Assembly (NCBI GenBank): GCA_965208025.1
Contig: OZ242302.1
Coordinates: forward strand, 2,797,980-2,861,979
Origin: Rhodothermales bacterium
Lineage (GTDB): Bacteria; Bacteroidota; Rhodothermia; Rhodothermales; Bin80
Reading direction: 5' to 3'
DNA: 64,000 nt
Part shown: piece by piece, positions 51,101-58,714 of the stretch
How positions within the stretch are numbered: position 1 is the first letter of the stretch
Layout: every line of letters begins with the position of its first letter
Notes under the pieces: generated by a model
Databases searched by the model: none
What the model saw: the letters and a program-made list of their open reading frames with translations, nothing else
Told to the model about the DNA's origin: nothing
Translations under genes and position numbers: made by a program

Positions 51101-51229
51101 TGGCACTCCATACTCGGACTTATCAGATCCACTTGCATCAGTGGCAAGAAGTGTAGCTGGAATGATGAACGCCAACAGTAAGGAAATGAAAAATCGGGGG
51201 GGGGCAAATTTATAGGTTGATTGAGGCAT
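45167..51229 (-). CDS. Giant T9SS-secreted surface protein (2020 aa): cadherin-like repeats, ~10 Fn3 domains, LRR segment, He_PIG/Ig-like domain, T9SS C-terminal sorting domain
   Basis: The signal peptide is MPQSTYKFAPPRFFISLLLAFIIPATLLA. There are two to three cadherin-like modules (EEDTPYT..DDFPF(S/T)D(T/A)D(D/E)GDVLV..FRVNDGTSDSEDTYRFTFDVDxxND). The Fn3 series (PxxPxxL..W.AP...GG..I..Y.V.YR...W...) lies at roughly 46300-49300. An LRR-like block reads VAELNLNGVGMLGSLPKTVGDLTGLIELRIGQNHLEGALPGEM. The Ig-like domain contains GGLSPYMYTLTPELPSGLTFVPSGPYISGTP. The C-terminus NYPNPFNPSTNILVDLP...VEVFNLLGQRV...PSGVYVYHV...KGRMTLVK (~45170-45410) is a typical Por/T9SS CTD. Confidence 0.88.
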   Translation of the reverse strand: MPQSTYKFAPPRFFISLLLAFIIPATLLATDASGSDKSEYGVPIFSGIGEAFLSLSPYPHSPEKNPEVEESAGRVSEDKKLASPTSDNVEKTIEEDTPYTIMADDFPFSDTDDGDVLVSVKISEFSGNGTLIIGGREILSTDTEIFTAAVSIFNSDRAIFTPGEHEHGDDYSSFLFRVNDGTSDSEDTYRFTFDVDAVNDLPTSDNVEKTINEDTPYTFSANDFPFTDADEGDVLVNVKVSEFSGQGTLTINGIEILSEVFTAGVGIFNSDRAIFTPGEHEHGDDYSSFLFRVNDGTSDSEDTYRFTFDVDSENDTPTGNLTIMNPMLLETGESFEIVFFGDEDIGVSDPDGMTKARSQSPPGGFAPEISWIAARNALTLERTFPPQGGTTTRLPLVGNTQYMIRDTDEGARIKARVFYRDDEGTNEIIESNWSDIIPSDFYPVEKRIMEDERYTFKASEFTLDPDRLVDIGVVDFDQHQRGKFEFDGVPVTTLNEIVTIQKADIGKLVYIPNEHGHGTYYSGFNFRHNYGGNDPPKERFWFHVDPVNDAPEGLLTLTRIANSQEAPSGAFEVDFLGDGEIGITEPDGLTKARSQSPPDGFAPEVSWIAEENGAEVLRTLPTEQGGTATRLPLAGNTQYIIQDMDRGTRIKARVFYRDDDGTDEEVDSEWMDAVPAMVPAAPNPSDIRVIATTPSQLTVEWSAPDDGGSPILRYEIQRQHLIVIGWDEEATAIVRASVLRHTFTNLRAARNYIVRIRAENAVGKSDWAVLPLRNRQLTLPATVPDIPTNLIVDATEMDELTLTWEAPVETGGMEITGYRVQHKLATEADYPTSSISLITTTTTITGLESGTQYDVRVAAVNQEGRGAWLTGAGSTAPEFVATVPAAPTGVTVEKESETTLSVSWDAPTNTGGAEITGYDVQYRDASESPISWTSVTPNPTDTETTITGLTAGKEYLVRVAAINSVGTGAYSGEASSVLVTLPGVPKTLAVTVSSSSSLCATWEAPEDLGAEIAVPLSYIVAYRTSDPDGEGTETAGDWEERSTTATTVELTDLLANTSYDVRVAAVNEAGRGEFTDLGSATTTEAVSLPNAPTNVVLTSLSPTEVQATWTKPTETGGLALRSFAVEYAPANAPADSDPMSLTRHAEASAVILTGLLPETEYQVSIAAINALGRSEFESATVTTPLATAPFPPRALMVTGTSAMDLEVSWTAPVDPGGIPILRYRVDYRLSDEDETQTGRQPGDWEEQSSERTSIVIQNLDAGTGYDVRVAAINAVSEGSFVQSTGQTLNGTDIPAPPSSLTLTVSSATRIQATWAAPSSGPDVTGYRVEYRREQHSGTWHQIAHTGLSTQATIIGLMAGTTYQVRVRGQIDAGHGEFVQQSATTRATLPSSPENLVVNGSSDDALRLSWLAPSDHGGAPITDYEIGYKTTENSEWTLWTREETGLQETIRGLRESTLYEVQVAAVNSAGRGSYANGAASTPSSDQTNAPLTLTICGQSPTELEVFWIEATCRTGKDPEASSPASDDIYKLYYREQSASQWEQVLNLGTEGHARIYDLSPETAYEIEFRHFVDDTETIYTGAVSTQDATIPSVPLDFFIQPGSDSELDLRWQSPERDGGSEILRYTVRYRESDADRRLEGFQPSEWVEINAPSNEASLSELLSGTLYEVQVAALNEEGMSPYVTRSATTSPSAELEKDWNALKNLYEETAGAQWTTQENWSVAESDLPQIEELDAWSGVEVYQGRVAELNLNGVGMLGSLPKTVGDLTGLIELRIGQNHLEGALPGEMTNLENLEIFHFDGQSLCAPIQDEFQNWLQTVSEVMGSNCLSALTLTGTIEDQTYTVSQPIDQLNLPSASGGLSPYMYTLTPELPSGLTFVPSGPYISGTPQEITAQTAYTFTVTDNAGGTVSADFAIEVVGATSLEAGHTVTDFVLLGNYPNPFNPSTNILVDLPTAADVSVEVFNLLGQRVHVEEFYGISAGPSRSLMLTVPNLPSGVYVYHVVARQDTGVQLAKGRMTLVK
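50298..50990 (-). repeat. Intragenic tandem duplication (~345 bp x2) of the cadherin-like module
   Basis: 50298-50640 and 50641-50990 align with each other. The first ~160 bp of each unit (catctacatcgaacgtaaaccgatacgtatcctcgctatctgatgtgccgtcgttgaccctaaacagaaaactactataatcgtcgccgtgttcatgttcacccggtgtgaaaattgccctgtcagaattgaagatgc) are essentially identical. The rest is clearly more diverged. Confidence 0.85.
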
Positions 51230-51394
51230 TTGATCATTGGAATAACCATAGTCAAGGGAATAAGAGGTTTACCAAAACAATTACTTACAATTTGTGAATT
51301 AATCATGAACGAATATAGCAAATTTCTTTCATAATCTACTACATCTCTCTGCTCAGGAATAGGAGATAGTGCTTGACTGCCCCCCCCGATTTTC
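51188..51394 (-). promoter_or_regulatory. Inverted repeat with G/C homopolymers enclosing the start codon and 5' region of the 2020-aa gene
   Basis: Arm A at 51188-51204 is GAAAAATC+G9 on the plus strand, inside codons ~9-14 (..FAPPRFF..). Arm B at 51380-51394 is C8+GATTTTC, the reverse complement of GAAAATC+G8. The arms are 175 bp apart, and ATG 51229 lies between them. Confidence 0.5.
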
Positions 51395-51564
51395 ACTGAA
51401 CAGGGTATTTTGACAGGTTTTGGATCAAAATGGTTGGATTGATTCACTTTTAGGGTTCCCCCTCTCCCATTTTCTTAATATCTCCCTTGCGATGAGTCAA
51501 AAAATAGGGGATAAATTAGTGCGATTGGGGTGCTATTTGTGTTGAAAAAGCCTGCTCAGGCGCA

Positions 51565-51635
51565 GATTTCCATCCCACCGGTTTCCACGGGTGCTTCCCA
51601 AGTCAGCGTCAACTCATCAATCTCGGTTTCATCTA
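51565..51635. repeat. Displaced ~71-bp copy of an internal Fn3-coding segment of the giant gene (source 48785-48855)
   Basis: gatttccatcccaccggtttccacgg(g/t)gcttcccaagtcagcgtcaactcatc(c/a)atctcggtt(g/t)catcta matches at about 68 of 71 positions. The copy lies in non-coding DNA upstream of the giant gene. Confidence 0.8.
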
Positions 51636-51693
51636 TTCCAAGCCCAAGTTCGTAACTTTATGGCACCAAAAAATGGCGAACTTGGACTAGGAT

Positions 51694-51939
51694 CTTCGTC
51701 CGTCCATGAAAATACTTTGCATGTCCACGATCGGGGATAAAATTAGATTGGAAGGGTGCAGGCATGATACAGTTCGGTTACAATCAATTAGAAAAACCTA
51801 TGGATGGATAGGTTCCGTCGGTTTCTATGTGAAAAAGCGCCAGTTTACCCCTGCCCATTTTGTCTTAAGCGTACTTAGAATACGATCAGACGTCATAAAC
51901 ACGCCCAGATTTGATGCTTGGAACGGGAAATTGGTGCAG
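51694..51939. repeat. Direct repeat copy 1 (~246 bp): duplicate of the 5' end and upstream region of the AAA+ ATPase gene
   Basis: It aligns with 53096-53342 at roughly 85-90% identity by eye. This includes the first ~25 codons (..FHGRTEI.. / MSTPFQSNFIPDRGHTKYFHG) and ~170 bp upstream. Confidence 0.8.
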
Positions 51940-51983
51940 TCAGTGAAACGTTTCTGGCGCACGATAAGGTGCGACCGCGAAAA

Positions 51984-53168
51984 TCACCGCTCAAATCTCG
52001 AACCTCTTCCACGCTCCACTCGGCTTTTCTGCGGCTCCCCGGGCATTTCAATTTTCTCTCGGGTATAGGTCTCCTTTAACCAGGTGTGCATGGAAGGGAT
52101 GGGGACGACAAACCCCATTCCACGTTCCTCCACTATTCCCTTTTCTATAAAGCGTTGAAACAGATCTTTCGCCTCACTGGCACCATAGTTACTTGTCAAC
52201 GCAGACATTATTTCAATACGTGGAGCAGGATGTTCTGGCGGATGATCTGGAATGGAGTTCACTAAGCACTGTATCTGGTCAGCAAAAAAATCAACCAATC
52301 GTTGCTTGTAATACACCTTACGAGCTTCGTGCCCCGCTTCCAGTACAGAACTTAATCCGTCCGGCGTCATGACACCAACATTTGCTTTCAGGTACTCCGA
52401 AGCAAGTCCTGCATAGCATTGAATATGTTGGGCCCATCCATGCGTCTCCTGCGCGATCGCATCTATCCACGCCGATGGATCCCCCTGCCCCCTCCCCTCC
52501 TTTTTGATCCAGTCTTCAATCACTGAGCGCTCAGACTCTTTGCCTAACGCCCCCAACTCTACAACACAGTTGCGCCCAAACCTTGAAATCCCCAGTTTCC
52601 CAAAAGAGGCCTTTGTCGGCCCCAATCCCGCTGCCAGAAGGATTGCCGGTTTACCCAATTTGCCATTATGGAGTCTTTCCAATAAACTTATTACCTCAGA
52701 CTCTACGGGTTTACCAACAAAAACATCAACCTTTTGAGCTTCATCAAGAATCAGCACCACGCCAGAATCAGAAATGTAATTTTTCAGTACCTGAATCACG
52801 CCTGAGTCCCCCGAAACTTCTTTTACGTACTCTCTGGATACCACCTTAGCGTCTAAGTTCGTAGCAGTTTGTTTCCGAGTAACATAGGACTCCCCAAAGG
52901 TCTGGGCCAGATGGGCAGGGTCGCACAGGTCTTGCACATTAATGTAAACGACCTCCCACCGACTCCTTGAAGCTATTTTGTTCAATTCAAACAATAGGGC
53001 AGTCTTTCCCACCCCAGGTGCTCCCTGAATTAAAAAGGTGGTTCCCCATGTATTTTGGGACGAGTACCGAAGAACTCCTTGAAAATTCTCCAGTATCTCC
53101 GTCCGTCCATGAAAATACTTTGTATGTCCACGATCGGGGATAAAATTAGATTGGAAGGGGGTGGACAT
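51984..53168 (-). CDS. AAA+ ATPase (ORC/Cdc6-like or AAA_16/AAA_22-like) with a probable C-terminal winged-helix
   Basis: Walker A is LIQGAPGVGKTALLFEL and Walker B is VVLILDEAQ. An N-terminal FHGRTEILENF is typical of this ATPase class. The C-terminal FIEKGIVEERGMGFVVPIPSMHTWL looks like a wHTH. No effector domain is recognisable. Confidence 0.7.
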   Translation of the reverse strand: MSTPFQSNFIPDRGHTKYFHGRTEILENFQGVLRYSSQNTWGTTFLIQGAPGVGKTALLFELNKIASRSRWEVVYINVQDLCDPAHLAQTFGESYVTRKQTATNLDAKVVSREYVKEVSGDSGVIQVLKNYISDSGVVLILDEAQKVDVFVGKPVESEVISLLERLHNGKLGKPAILLAAGLGPTKASFGKLGISRFGRNCVVELGALGKESERSVIEDWIKKEGRGQGDPSAWIDAIAQETHGWAQHIQCYAGLASEYLKANVGVMTPDGLSSVLEAGHEARKVYYKQRLVDFFADQIQCLVNSIPDHPPEHPAPRIEIMSALTSNYGASEAKDLFQRFIEKGIVEERGMGFVVPIPSMHTWLKETYTREKIEMPGEPQKSRVERGRGSRFER

Positions 53169-53342
53169 GATGCAACTCGGTTATAGTCAATTATAACAGG
53201 ACTGTGGATGGATCGGTTCCGTCGGTTTCTATTTGAAAAAGCACCCGTTTACCCCTACCCATTTTGTCCTAAGCGTGCTTAATCTGCGATCAGACGTCAT
53301 GAACACGCCCAGATTTGATGCCTGGAACGGGAAATTGGAGCA
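53096..53342. repeat. Direct repeat copy 2 (authentic 5' end and promoter region of the ATPase gene)
   Basis: See 51694-51939. Confidence 0.8.
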
Positions 53343-53710
53343 ATTTGGTGCGTTTGAGGGGAATTTAGCCCGTTTGTGCTGTTTTCCTGTCTAAGGAGGC
53401 ATCCATAAATAATTTACCCATCTTTTGTCATTTATTGAGTCTCCAAATGTTAGGATGATCCCAGTCGGTCGTATTATCTTGGCAATCTGACCTTTACACG
53501 TTGGTGATGGCCGTTTCTTCCTTATTGGTGACAACATATCCATGCGGATAGATGTCATAATTCCATTATGAGAAGGAAGCGTAAGAGAGCCAGAGATGAC
53601 ATGAACAGAAACCAGAATGACGAAAGACATGAGCACTCCAGACTCAATTACACAGGGCTGGACCTTCACTGAGTTGTCTTGCAAAACTAAAACAAATTAA
53701 AGGAGCGAAC

Positions 53711-54361
53711 TTAAATCCCATAAATAAAACCAAATTTATAGGCTCCTCGACTTCCAGAGAGTGGAAGAATTTTTTGGTTCATGAATTGACCCGAAATTGA
53801 GACTCCTAATTTTTCCAAGATTCGGATACCAACCTCAATTCCATGCTCCCATTGCATCTGTGTTTCACGGTATTCGGCAGGAAGAACAGTAATGCGTGTT
53901 ACGAAGGGGTTGTTATCTCCTTTTACATACACGGACTGTATCATATGTAGAGAACTTCCGATGAAATAGCTGATCAAAATACGAGGATGCTTTTGCGAGT
54001 TACGATGATACTGACGCTGGAGATGTAGGCGAATGCCAATCAGATGTCTTGATTCATTATACAAGTTGCATCCAACAGAACAATCAACTATTTGCGGATC
54101 GTCCCATGTATTTCCATTATTCCAGTGTCCCCAGTAAAGGGTCCCCTTAGTATATAAATTTCGGGCTTCATTGATGGGGGTAGGTTTGGTGGAAAGTTGA
54201 ATTTCAAGATAGTCTGCAACTTTCGGAGAAATCCAAGCGCGTTGAGGCTGTAGAGTCTGAATTTTTCCAAATTGCGCATTCACACTCAATGGAGATGATT
54301 GACCGAACGAGAGTGAGACCCATAGTAGATTAATTACTAAGACGAAAACAAGACGATTCAT
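53711..54361 (-). CDS. Hypothetical secreted protein, possibly a small outer-membrane beta-barrel
   Basis: The likely start is ATG 54361 (MNRLVFVLVINLLWVSLSFGQ, a signal peptide). The sequence has alternating hydrophobic patterns and a C-terminal YKFGFIYGI. No family is recognised. Confidence 0.45.
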   Translation of the reverse strand: MNRLVFVLVINLLWVSLSFGQSSPLSVNAQFGKIQTLQPQRAWISPKVADYLEIQLSTKPTPINEARNLYTKGTLYWGHWNNGNTWDDPQIVDCSVGCNLYNESRHLIGIRLHLQRQYHRNSQKHPRILISYFIGSSLHMIQSVYVKGDNNPFVTRITVLPAEYRETQMQWEHGIEVGIRILEKLGVSISGQFMNQKILPLSGSRGAYKFGFIYGI

Positions 54362-54637
54362 ACAGATTCCCAGTTGGTGAGCAATTACTTTACACATGTA
54401 CATATAGCAAGTGTTCAACGGGAATCAGAATCGCCTGATTTTCGTTGAAATCTTCACGAATTCTTCACCTCGAAATTACGAAATCTGGAGGGTTCCACAC
54501 CTTGTTCTTCAACCGCTCGGGACGGAAACAAGCCGCGGAAAGTCTCGCCGATCCGCCCCAATCTTACCTACCAAAATCACAAGCCTCTATAAAACCAAAG
54601 TGCAAAACTTCCCCCGATTTGGATTGTTGCAAGAGGC

Positions 54638-55459
54638 TTGATGGATACCGTAAAAGAGAATATCACTTCAACATGGGCTGAGGAATCCAGCACCCGAATG
54701 AGCCAGTCAATGCAGGATCTATTGTTGGGACTTTCCTATGAGGATTATTCCTACCTCATTCAGATCATCCAAGGGCCGCTTGATCGATGTACGAATCTGA
54801 AAGAGCATCTGGAGAATATTGAATCGTCCGATCGGCGGGATGCATTATGTGCGGAACTTGAGCGAAAAATTCGCTATCTGGGCAGCAGCGATATTGTCTA
54901 TCAAATTCGGAGATTTACTGGATCCGAACAAGGTACCAAATTTCGTACCATTATTCGCGATACCGCGCGGTTTCTTAAAGTCCCTTTGGCAGATCGTGGG
55001 ACAGAACGTGAGTTGCTCATCCGCCTAGCCCAAGAGTATGCCGTAGACGTATTCTCAACGTTTACTCAGGAACAGCAACTGCAAATTCTGGAGTCCCTTG
55101 GTGTGGAGCGCAAGCGTGCCATTGCATTCCTAAAAAAAGCAGGTGGATTCATTGCTGCACCTGCTCTGCTACATGCATTTGGGATCATTGTCGTTCAAGG
55201 ATTGATCAAGACCGTTCTGTTCGGGTGGACTGTCCGACTGATTGGCACCAAACTGGCCACCGCCCTGTTTGCCTTTCTCTTTGCCCGCGTACCGTGGTGG
55301 GCCAATGCAATCATTCCCGGGATGTGGACAGTCTCCATTGGGTTGACTGCGCTAAATCTGCAAGGTCCGGCACGGCGCAAGACAGTCCCCATCCTACTCT
55401 ATCTGGGGATGACATGTATTCGCCAAGATCAAGAATGTGCAGCCGTAGCGAAGCATTGA
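54638..55459 (+). CDS. YaaW/UPF0174-like membrane-associated protein
   Basis: The pattern LLLGLSYEDYSYLIQII ... YLGSSDIVYQIRRFTGSEQGTKFRTIIRDTARFLKVPL ... EQQLQILESLG ... hydrophobic C-terminal third ... GPARRKTVPILLYLGMTCIR parallels E. coli YaaW as I remember it (GGDSIANKLRG.G..Y..IL.DV...LK.., ..AYRVTIPAVLQIA.LRR). Confidence 0.45.
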   Translation: MMDTVKENITSTWAEESSTRMSQSMQDLLLGLSYEDYSYLIQIIQGPLDRCTNLKEHLENIESSDRRDALCAELERKIRYLGSSDIVYQIRRFTGSEQGTKFRTIIRDTARFLKVPLADRGTERELLIRLAQEYAVDVFSTFTQEQQLQILESLGVERKRAIAFLKKAGGFIAAPALLHAFGIIVVQGLIKTVLFGWTVRLIGTKLATALFAFLFARVPWWANAIIPGMWTVSIGLTALNLQGPARRKTVPILLYLGMTCIRQDQECAAVAKH

Positions 55460-55467
55460 AGGTTTGA

Positions 55468-56931
55468 TCAGATTGAAGTGATCCGCTGGTGACCTAATTG
55501 CCCCTGAAACGACCCATACAATCTTTCGAAAAGCTGGATCGCATCTTCCCGCTTCAGGTCAATAATTTTCGGATAACGAACCCCGCCAGCACCTGCCGTG
55601 TCCACAATCAAGGAGCACAGCCCAAGGCGTCGCTGAAAGAACGTAGCCGAGAGTTCAAAGGCCTGAAAGCGTTCCACAGGAATAATCCAGAACTGCTGGC
55701 TGAAAACACGCCGTCGAATCAGCAGATTCCCATCATGGAAGGCCCAATGGTGACACCGATATTGCAGCCAGGCGAATCCCCATCCAACGGGCAGAAGAGC
55801 AAATCCCCAGAGGGCACTCAAGGACCATACCTGCGACAAAATGATGGAGGCAATTGTAATCAGTGCACTGTACCGAAGTGAATGTCTTCGAATCGTGAGT
55901 GGACTCACATCCGTGTAAGTCTCTGGCAGAGTGAAGGGGCGGATCTGAGGGGCGAGTGCAATAATTTCGGACCACTTCGCAAAGGGCATTGCAGGCTGGA
56001 ATCCCTGCTCCCCACTCTGAAGTCCCAGCGTTTGAAGATCAAGCCGATGCCAATGTCGGAGTCGCATGAACGGGTTGGATCGAATCAGAAAGGACTGAAC
56101 ACGCTTATACGGGAGGGCTCCCTCGCGAATCGTGAGTAGCCCGAATCTGCGTTGAATCTTTAACGGGGCAAGCACCATCCTGAAGTTATAATAACGAATC
56201 AGATTTTGAATAAAGCCCAAAGCCCACCCCGAAACGAGGGTGATCAACAGGGCAACAAAACCCAGCAGTAGCCAAGAATTCTCAATACGTCCCCAAAAGA
56301 AATCCTCTTCAATTAACCAATCTACGACCTCTGTGGTATCAACGATCCCTAAGGAGTCTAACTGAAAATAGAGTCCGATCAGGAGTGCGAAGAGTCCGAG
56401 AGAGAATTGGTAAATACTTGATAGCAAGACGCGACGCACAGGCATCCTGAACCCTGGGAGTGCAGCCGAAGTCTCCTCTGGTTGATCTGCGGATTGAAGG
56501 GACTGGAACAGGCTTCGCAGGCGCTCGGCTTCCTGAATCCCAACATAGGAGAGCACCCCCTCTGCACTGGCAGATCCTGCGGTCTCCACTCGCACGACCG
56601 CCGTCCCGAGGATACGGGAAAGCATATTTCGCTTGATTGCAACGTTCTGGATCCGATCCGCAGGGATATTGCGTCGGATGCGCTGGAAGACACCGTAATA
56701 GATGATGAGTTCTTCGCTAGTGGCATGGTAACGGAATCGGATGTACTTGGCAATCACATAGGGACCCGCAAAGACAGTATAGATGATCGAAAAGATCAAC
56801 GAGTAAGTCCGCATCCCCATCTCCCCTCCTGACGATAACCATGCGATCCCGAATCCGACAACTCCCAGAAACACATAATGCACAAAGGTGAGTGGGTGCA
56901 ATCGCCGAAAATCCGCGGTGGGTTCCTCCAT
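55468..56931 (-). CDS. YdbT-like membrane protein with three bacterial PH (bPH_2) domains
   Basis: The protein is 487 aa, has TM hairpins, and contains repeated R(I/V)Q..... motifs (IPADRIQNVAIKRNMLSRILGTAVVRVETAG; LPYKRVQSFLIRSNPF; IPVERFQAFELSATFFQRRLGLCSLIVDTAG). Its start overlaps the stop of the upstream YdbS-like gene. Confidence 0.75.
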   Translation of the reverse strand: MEEPTADFRRLHPLTFVHYVFLGVVGFGIAWLSSGGEMGMRTYSLIFSIIYTVFAGPYVIAKYIRFRYHATSEELIIYYGVFQRIRRNIPADRIQNVAIKRNMLSRILGTAVVRVETAGSASAEGVLSYVGIQEAERLRSLFQSLQSADQPEETSAALPGFRMPVRRVLLSSIYQFSLGLFALLIGLYFQLDSLGIVDTTEVVDWLIEEDFFWGRIENSWLLLGFVALLITLVSGWALGFIQNLIRYYNFRMVLAPLKIQRRFGLLTIREGALPYKRVQSFLIRSNPFMRLRHWHRLDLQTLGLQSGEQGFQPAMPFAKWSEIIALAPQIRPFTLPETYTDVSPLTIRRHSLRYSALITIASIILSQVWSLSALWGFALLPVGWGFAWLQYRCHHWAFHDGNLLIRRRVFSQQFWIIPVERFQAFELSATFFQRRLGLCSLIVDTAGAGGVRYPKIIDLKREDAIQLFERLYGSFQGQLGHQRITSI

Positions 56932-57398
56932 TAGTCCATGTACCGAGCGATAAAGTCGCGTACCGTATCACGGAGACGAACCGCCTCTTCGTAGGGCAAA
57001 CCTGGAACAATCACATCCGTACTCCGAGTGCCAGCGGTATGGACCACTAATCGAGCAAGATCATAATTACTTTCAATCAAGTCTTGGGCTACATCAAGAT
57101 GCTGAATACGACGAAGAGGGACGGTTGTCTGCACACGATTCCAGATCCCACGCACGGCGTAAAGTTCTTCTTCACGCAACTCATAGCGCCAGAACCGGTA
57201 ACGCAAAGGAGGGATGATGAAGATCCACAGAGTACTGATCAACACTAAAAGACCTGTCCAGAGACCGGGGAGAAAGGAATCATTCTCGGAGAAAAACAGC
57301 GTTACATCTGCGATCGCGCAAGCGGGGAGCAGGATGGCCCATCCCAGCATCCCCTTGATCATCCAAACTCGTCTGACGAGTGGATCAAGTAGTTCCAT
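56931..57398 (-). CDS. YdbS-like membrane protein with one bPH_2 domain
   Basis: The protein is 155 aa with two N-terminal TM helices, then YELREEELYAVRGIWNRVQTTVPLRRIQHLDVAQDLIESNYDLARLVVHTAG. Size and pairing match the B. subtilis ydbS-ydbT arrangement. Confidence 0.75.
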   Translation of the reverse strand: MELLDPLVRRVWMIKGMLGWAILLPACAIADVTLFFSENDSFLPGLWTGLLVLISTLWIFIIPPLRYRFWRYELREEELYAVRGIWNRVQTTVPLRRIQHLDVAQDLIESNYDLARLVVHTAGTRSTDVIVPGLPYEEAVRLRDTVRDFIARYMD

Positions 57399-57456
57399 TA
57401 GAATTTATAAGAGAGATGGATGGGTACGCTCCTTCGCTTCACTTGTTACATCACTC

Positions 57457-58275
57457 ATGTCGAACACAATCAGTATTCTGGGATGCGGATATGTCGGATT
57501 TCCGCTTGCAAAATTACTTCTCACACACAACTGGCGAGTCCGTGGGGCTACCACCACGGAATCAAAATTGACGCGCCTACTGTCTGAAGGAATCGAACCA
57601 TTTCTTCTCAAATTGATGCCCGACTTGCAAGGTCATGGTCAACAGGATTTTTTTGATTCGGATGTGCTGATCATCAATTTCCCCCCCGGCCGTAAGCGTA
57701 CTGATGTGGGAGAGTTCATGAAGGGTACAATGGAATCTATTCTAAGTTGTGTCAACCAAGGGCTCGTAAAGAACGTGTTATTCATCAGTTCCACCAGCGT
57801 ATACAGTCACGGGCATGTCCGTGAGGAGGATGCAGGCAAGCATCCTCCTGTGAGCCCGTCGGGTGCTGCACTCCTTGAGGCCGAAGAGTTACTGAACAAT
57901 TCAACTGGTTTCCAAACAACTATTTTGCGGTATGGCGGACTGTACGGCTATCAGCGACGACCTGGGCGATTTTGGTCGGGACGTCCATTACGGAATCCAC
58001 AGAATGCGGTGAATCTGCTACACAGGGATGATGCAGTGGGAGTTGCATTGGCGGTCATTACCCAAAACTGTTGGGGAGAGACCTTCAATGTGTGTGCGGA
58101 TCAGCATCCCTCCCGAGCCGAATTCTATACCCATGCCGCCACGAATCTGGGATTACCACCCCCAAGACCTTCGTCCGATGCGTCAGAGCCAGACAAGATT
58201 GTCATCAACGAGAAAGTGATTAGATGTCTGGGGTACCAATTCAAATATCCCGATCCCATGATGCCTGCTCCTTGA
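57457..58275 (+). CDS. NAD(P)-binding Rossmann-fold protein (atypical SDR/epimerase-like)
   Basis: ATG 57457 gives [22 protein letters not shown]..., a GxGxxG dinucleotide fold at the N-terminus. The track ORF from 57214 would overlap the divergent ydbS-like gene. Confidence 0.7.
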   Translation: MSNTISILGCGYVGFPLAKLLLTHNWRVRGATTTESKLTRLLSEGIEPFLLKLMPDLQGHGQQDFFDSDVLIINFPPGRKRTDVGEFMKGTMESILSCVNQGLVKNVLFISSTSVYSHGHVREEDAGKHPPVSPSGAALLEAEELLNNSTGFQTTILRYGGLYGYQRRPGRFWSGRPLRNPQNAVNLLHRDDAVGVALAVITQNCWGETFNVCADQHPSRAEFYTHAATNLGLPPPRPSSDASEPDKIVINEKVIRCLGYQFKYPDPMMPAP

Positions 58276-58327
58276 TCGGCAACATTACGGCAGGGGCCAA
58301 GTAGCAAATGAAAACTCGGAAATCAAG

Positions 58328-58696
58328 ATGAATGAACTGACAGCCGAAGAAGCCTACATCATTCAGGGGAAAGGGACCGAGCGCCCATTTACGGGAGAAT
58401 ATTATAACCACTCTGCCCAAGGGACTTACCTTTGCAGGCAGTGCGAGGCCCCATTGTATCGGTCAGAGGACAAGTTTCACTCCGGGTGCGGTTGGCCAAG
58501 CTTTGATGATGAGATCCCGGGTCAAGTCCGCCGCGTACCAGACGCAGATGGCCGCCGCATAGAGATTATCTGTGCCAGTTGTGATGGACACCTGGGGCAC
58601 GTATTTACGGGCGAAATGTTTACCGCCAAGAATACGCGCCACTGCGTTAACTCTCTGTCCATGAAATTTTTGGCAAGTGCAGAAGAAGACTCCTGA
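58328..58696 (+). CDS. msrB: Peptide-methionine (R)-S-oxide reductase
   Basis: Motifs are [48 protein letters not shown] and RHCVNS. These cover the two Zn CxxC pairs and the catalytic Cys. Confidence 0.92.
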   Translation: MNELTAEEAYIIQGKGTERPFTGEYYNHSAQGTYLCRQCEAPLYRSEDKFHSGCGWPSFDDEIPGQVRRVPDADGRRIEIICASCDGHLGHVFTGEMFTAKNTRHCVNSLSMKFLASAEEDS

Positions 58697-58714
58697 TCAT
58701 GCATTCACAGCCAG

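Noticed and set aside
10202-54681. Miscellaneous short ORFs: 10202-10387(-), 24325-24543(+), 24469-24681(-), 24690-24878(-), 26864-27100(-), 28598-28933(-), 44503-44721(+), 51085-51447(-), 51706-52068(+), 53391-53684(-), 54411-54681(+).
   Set aside because: None has a recognisable motif. Most overlap better-supported genes, repeats or IS and MITE sequence. 51706-52068 is partly the duplicated ATPase upstream region read on the opposite strand. Coding potential cannot be supported from sequence alone.
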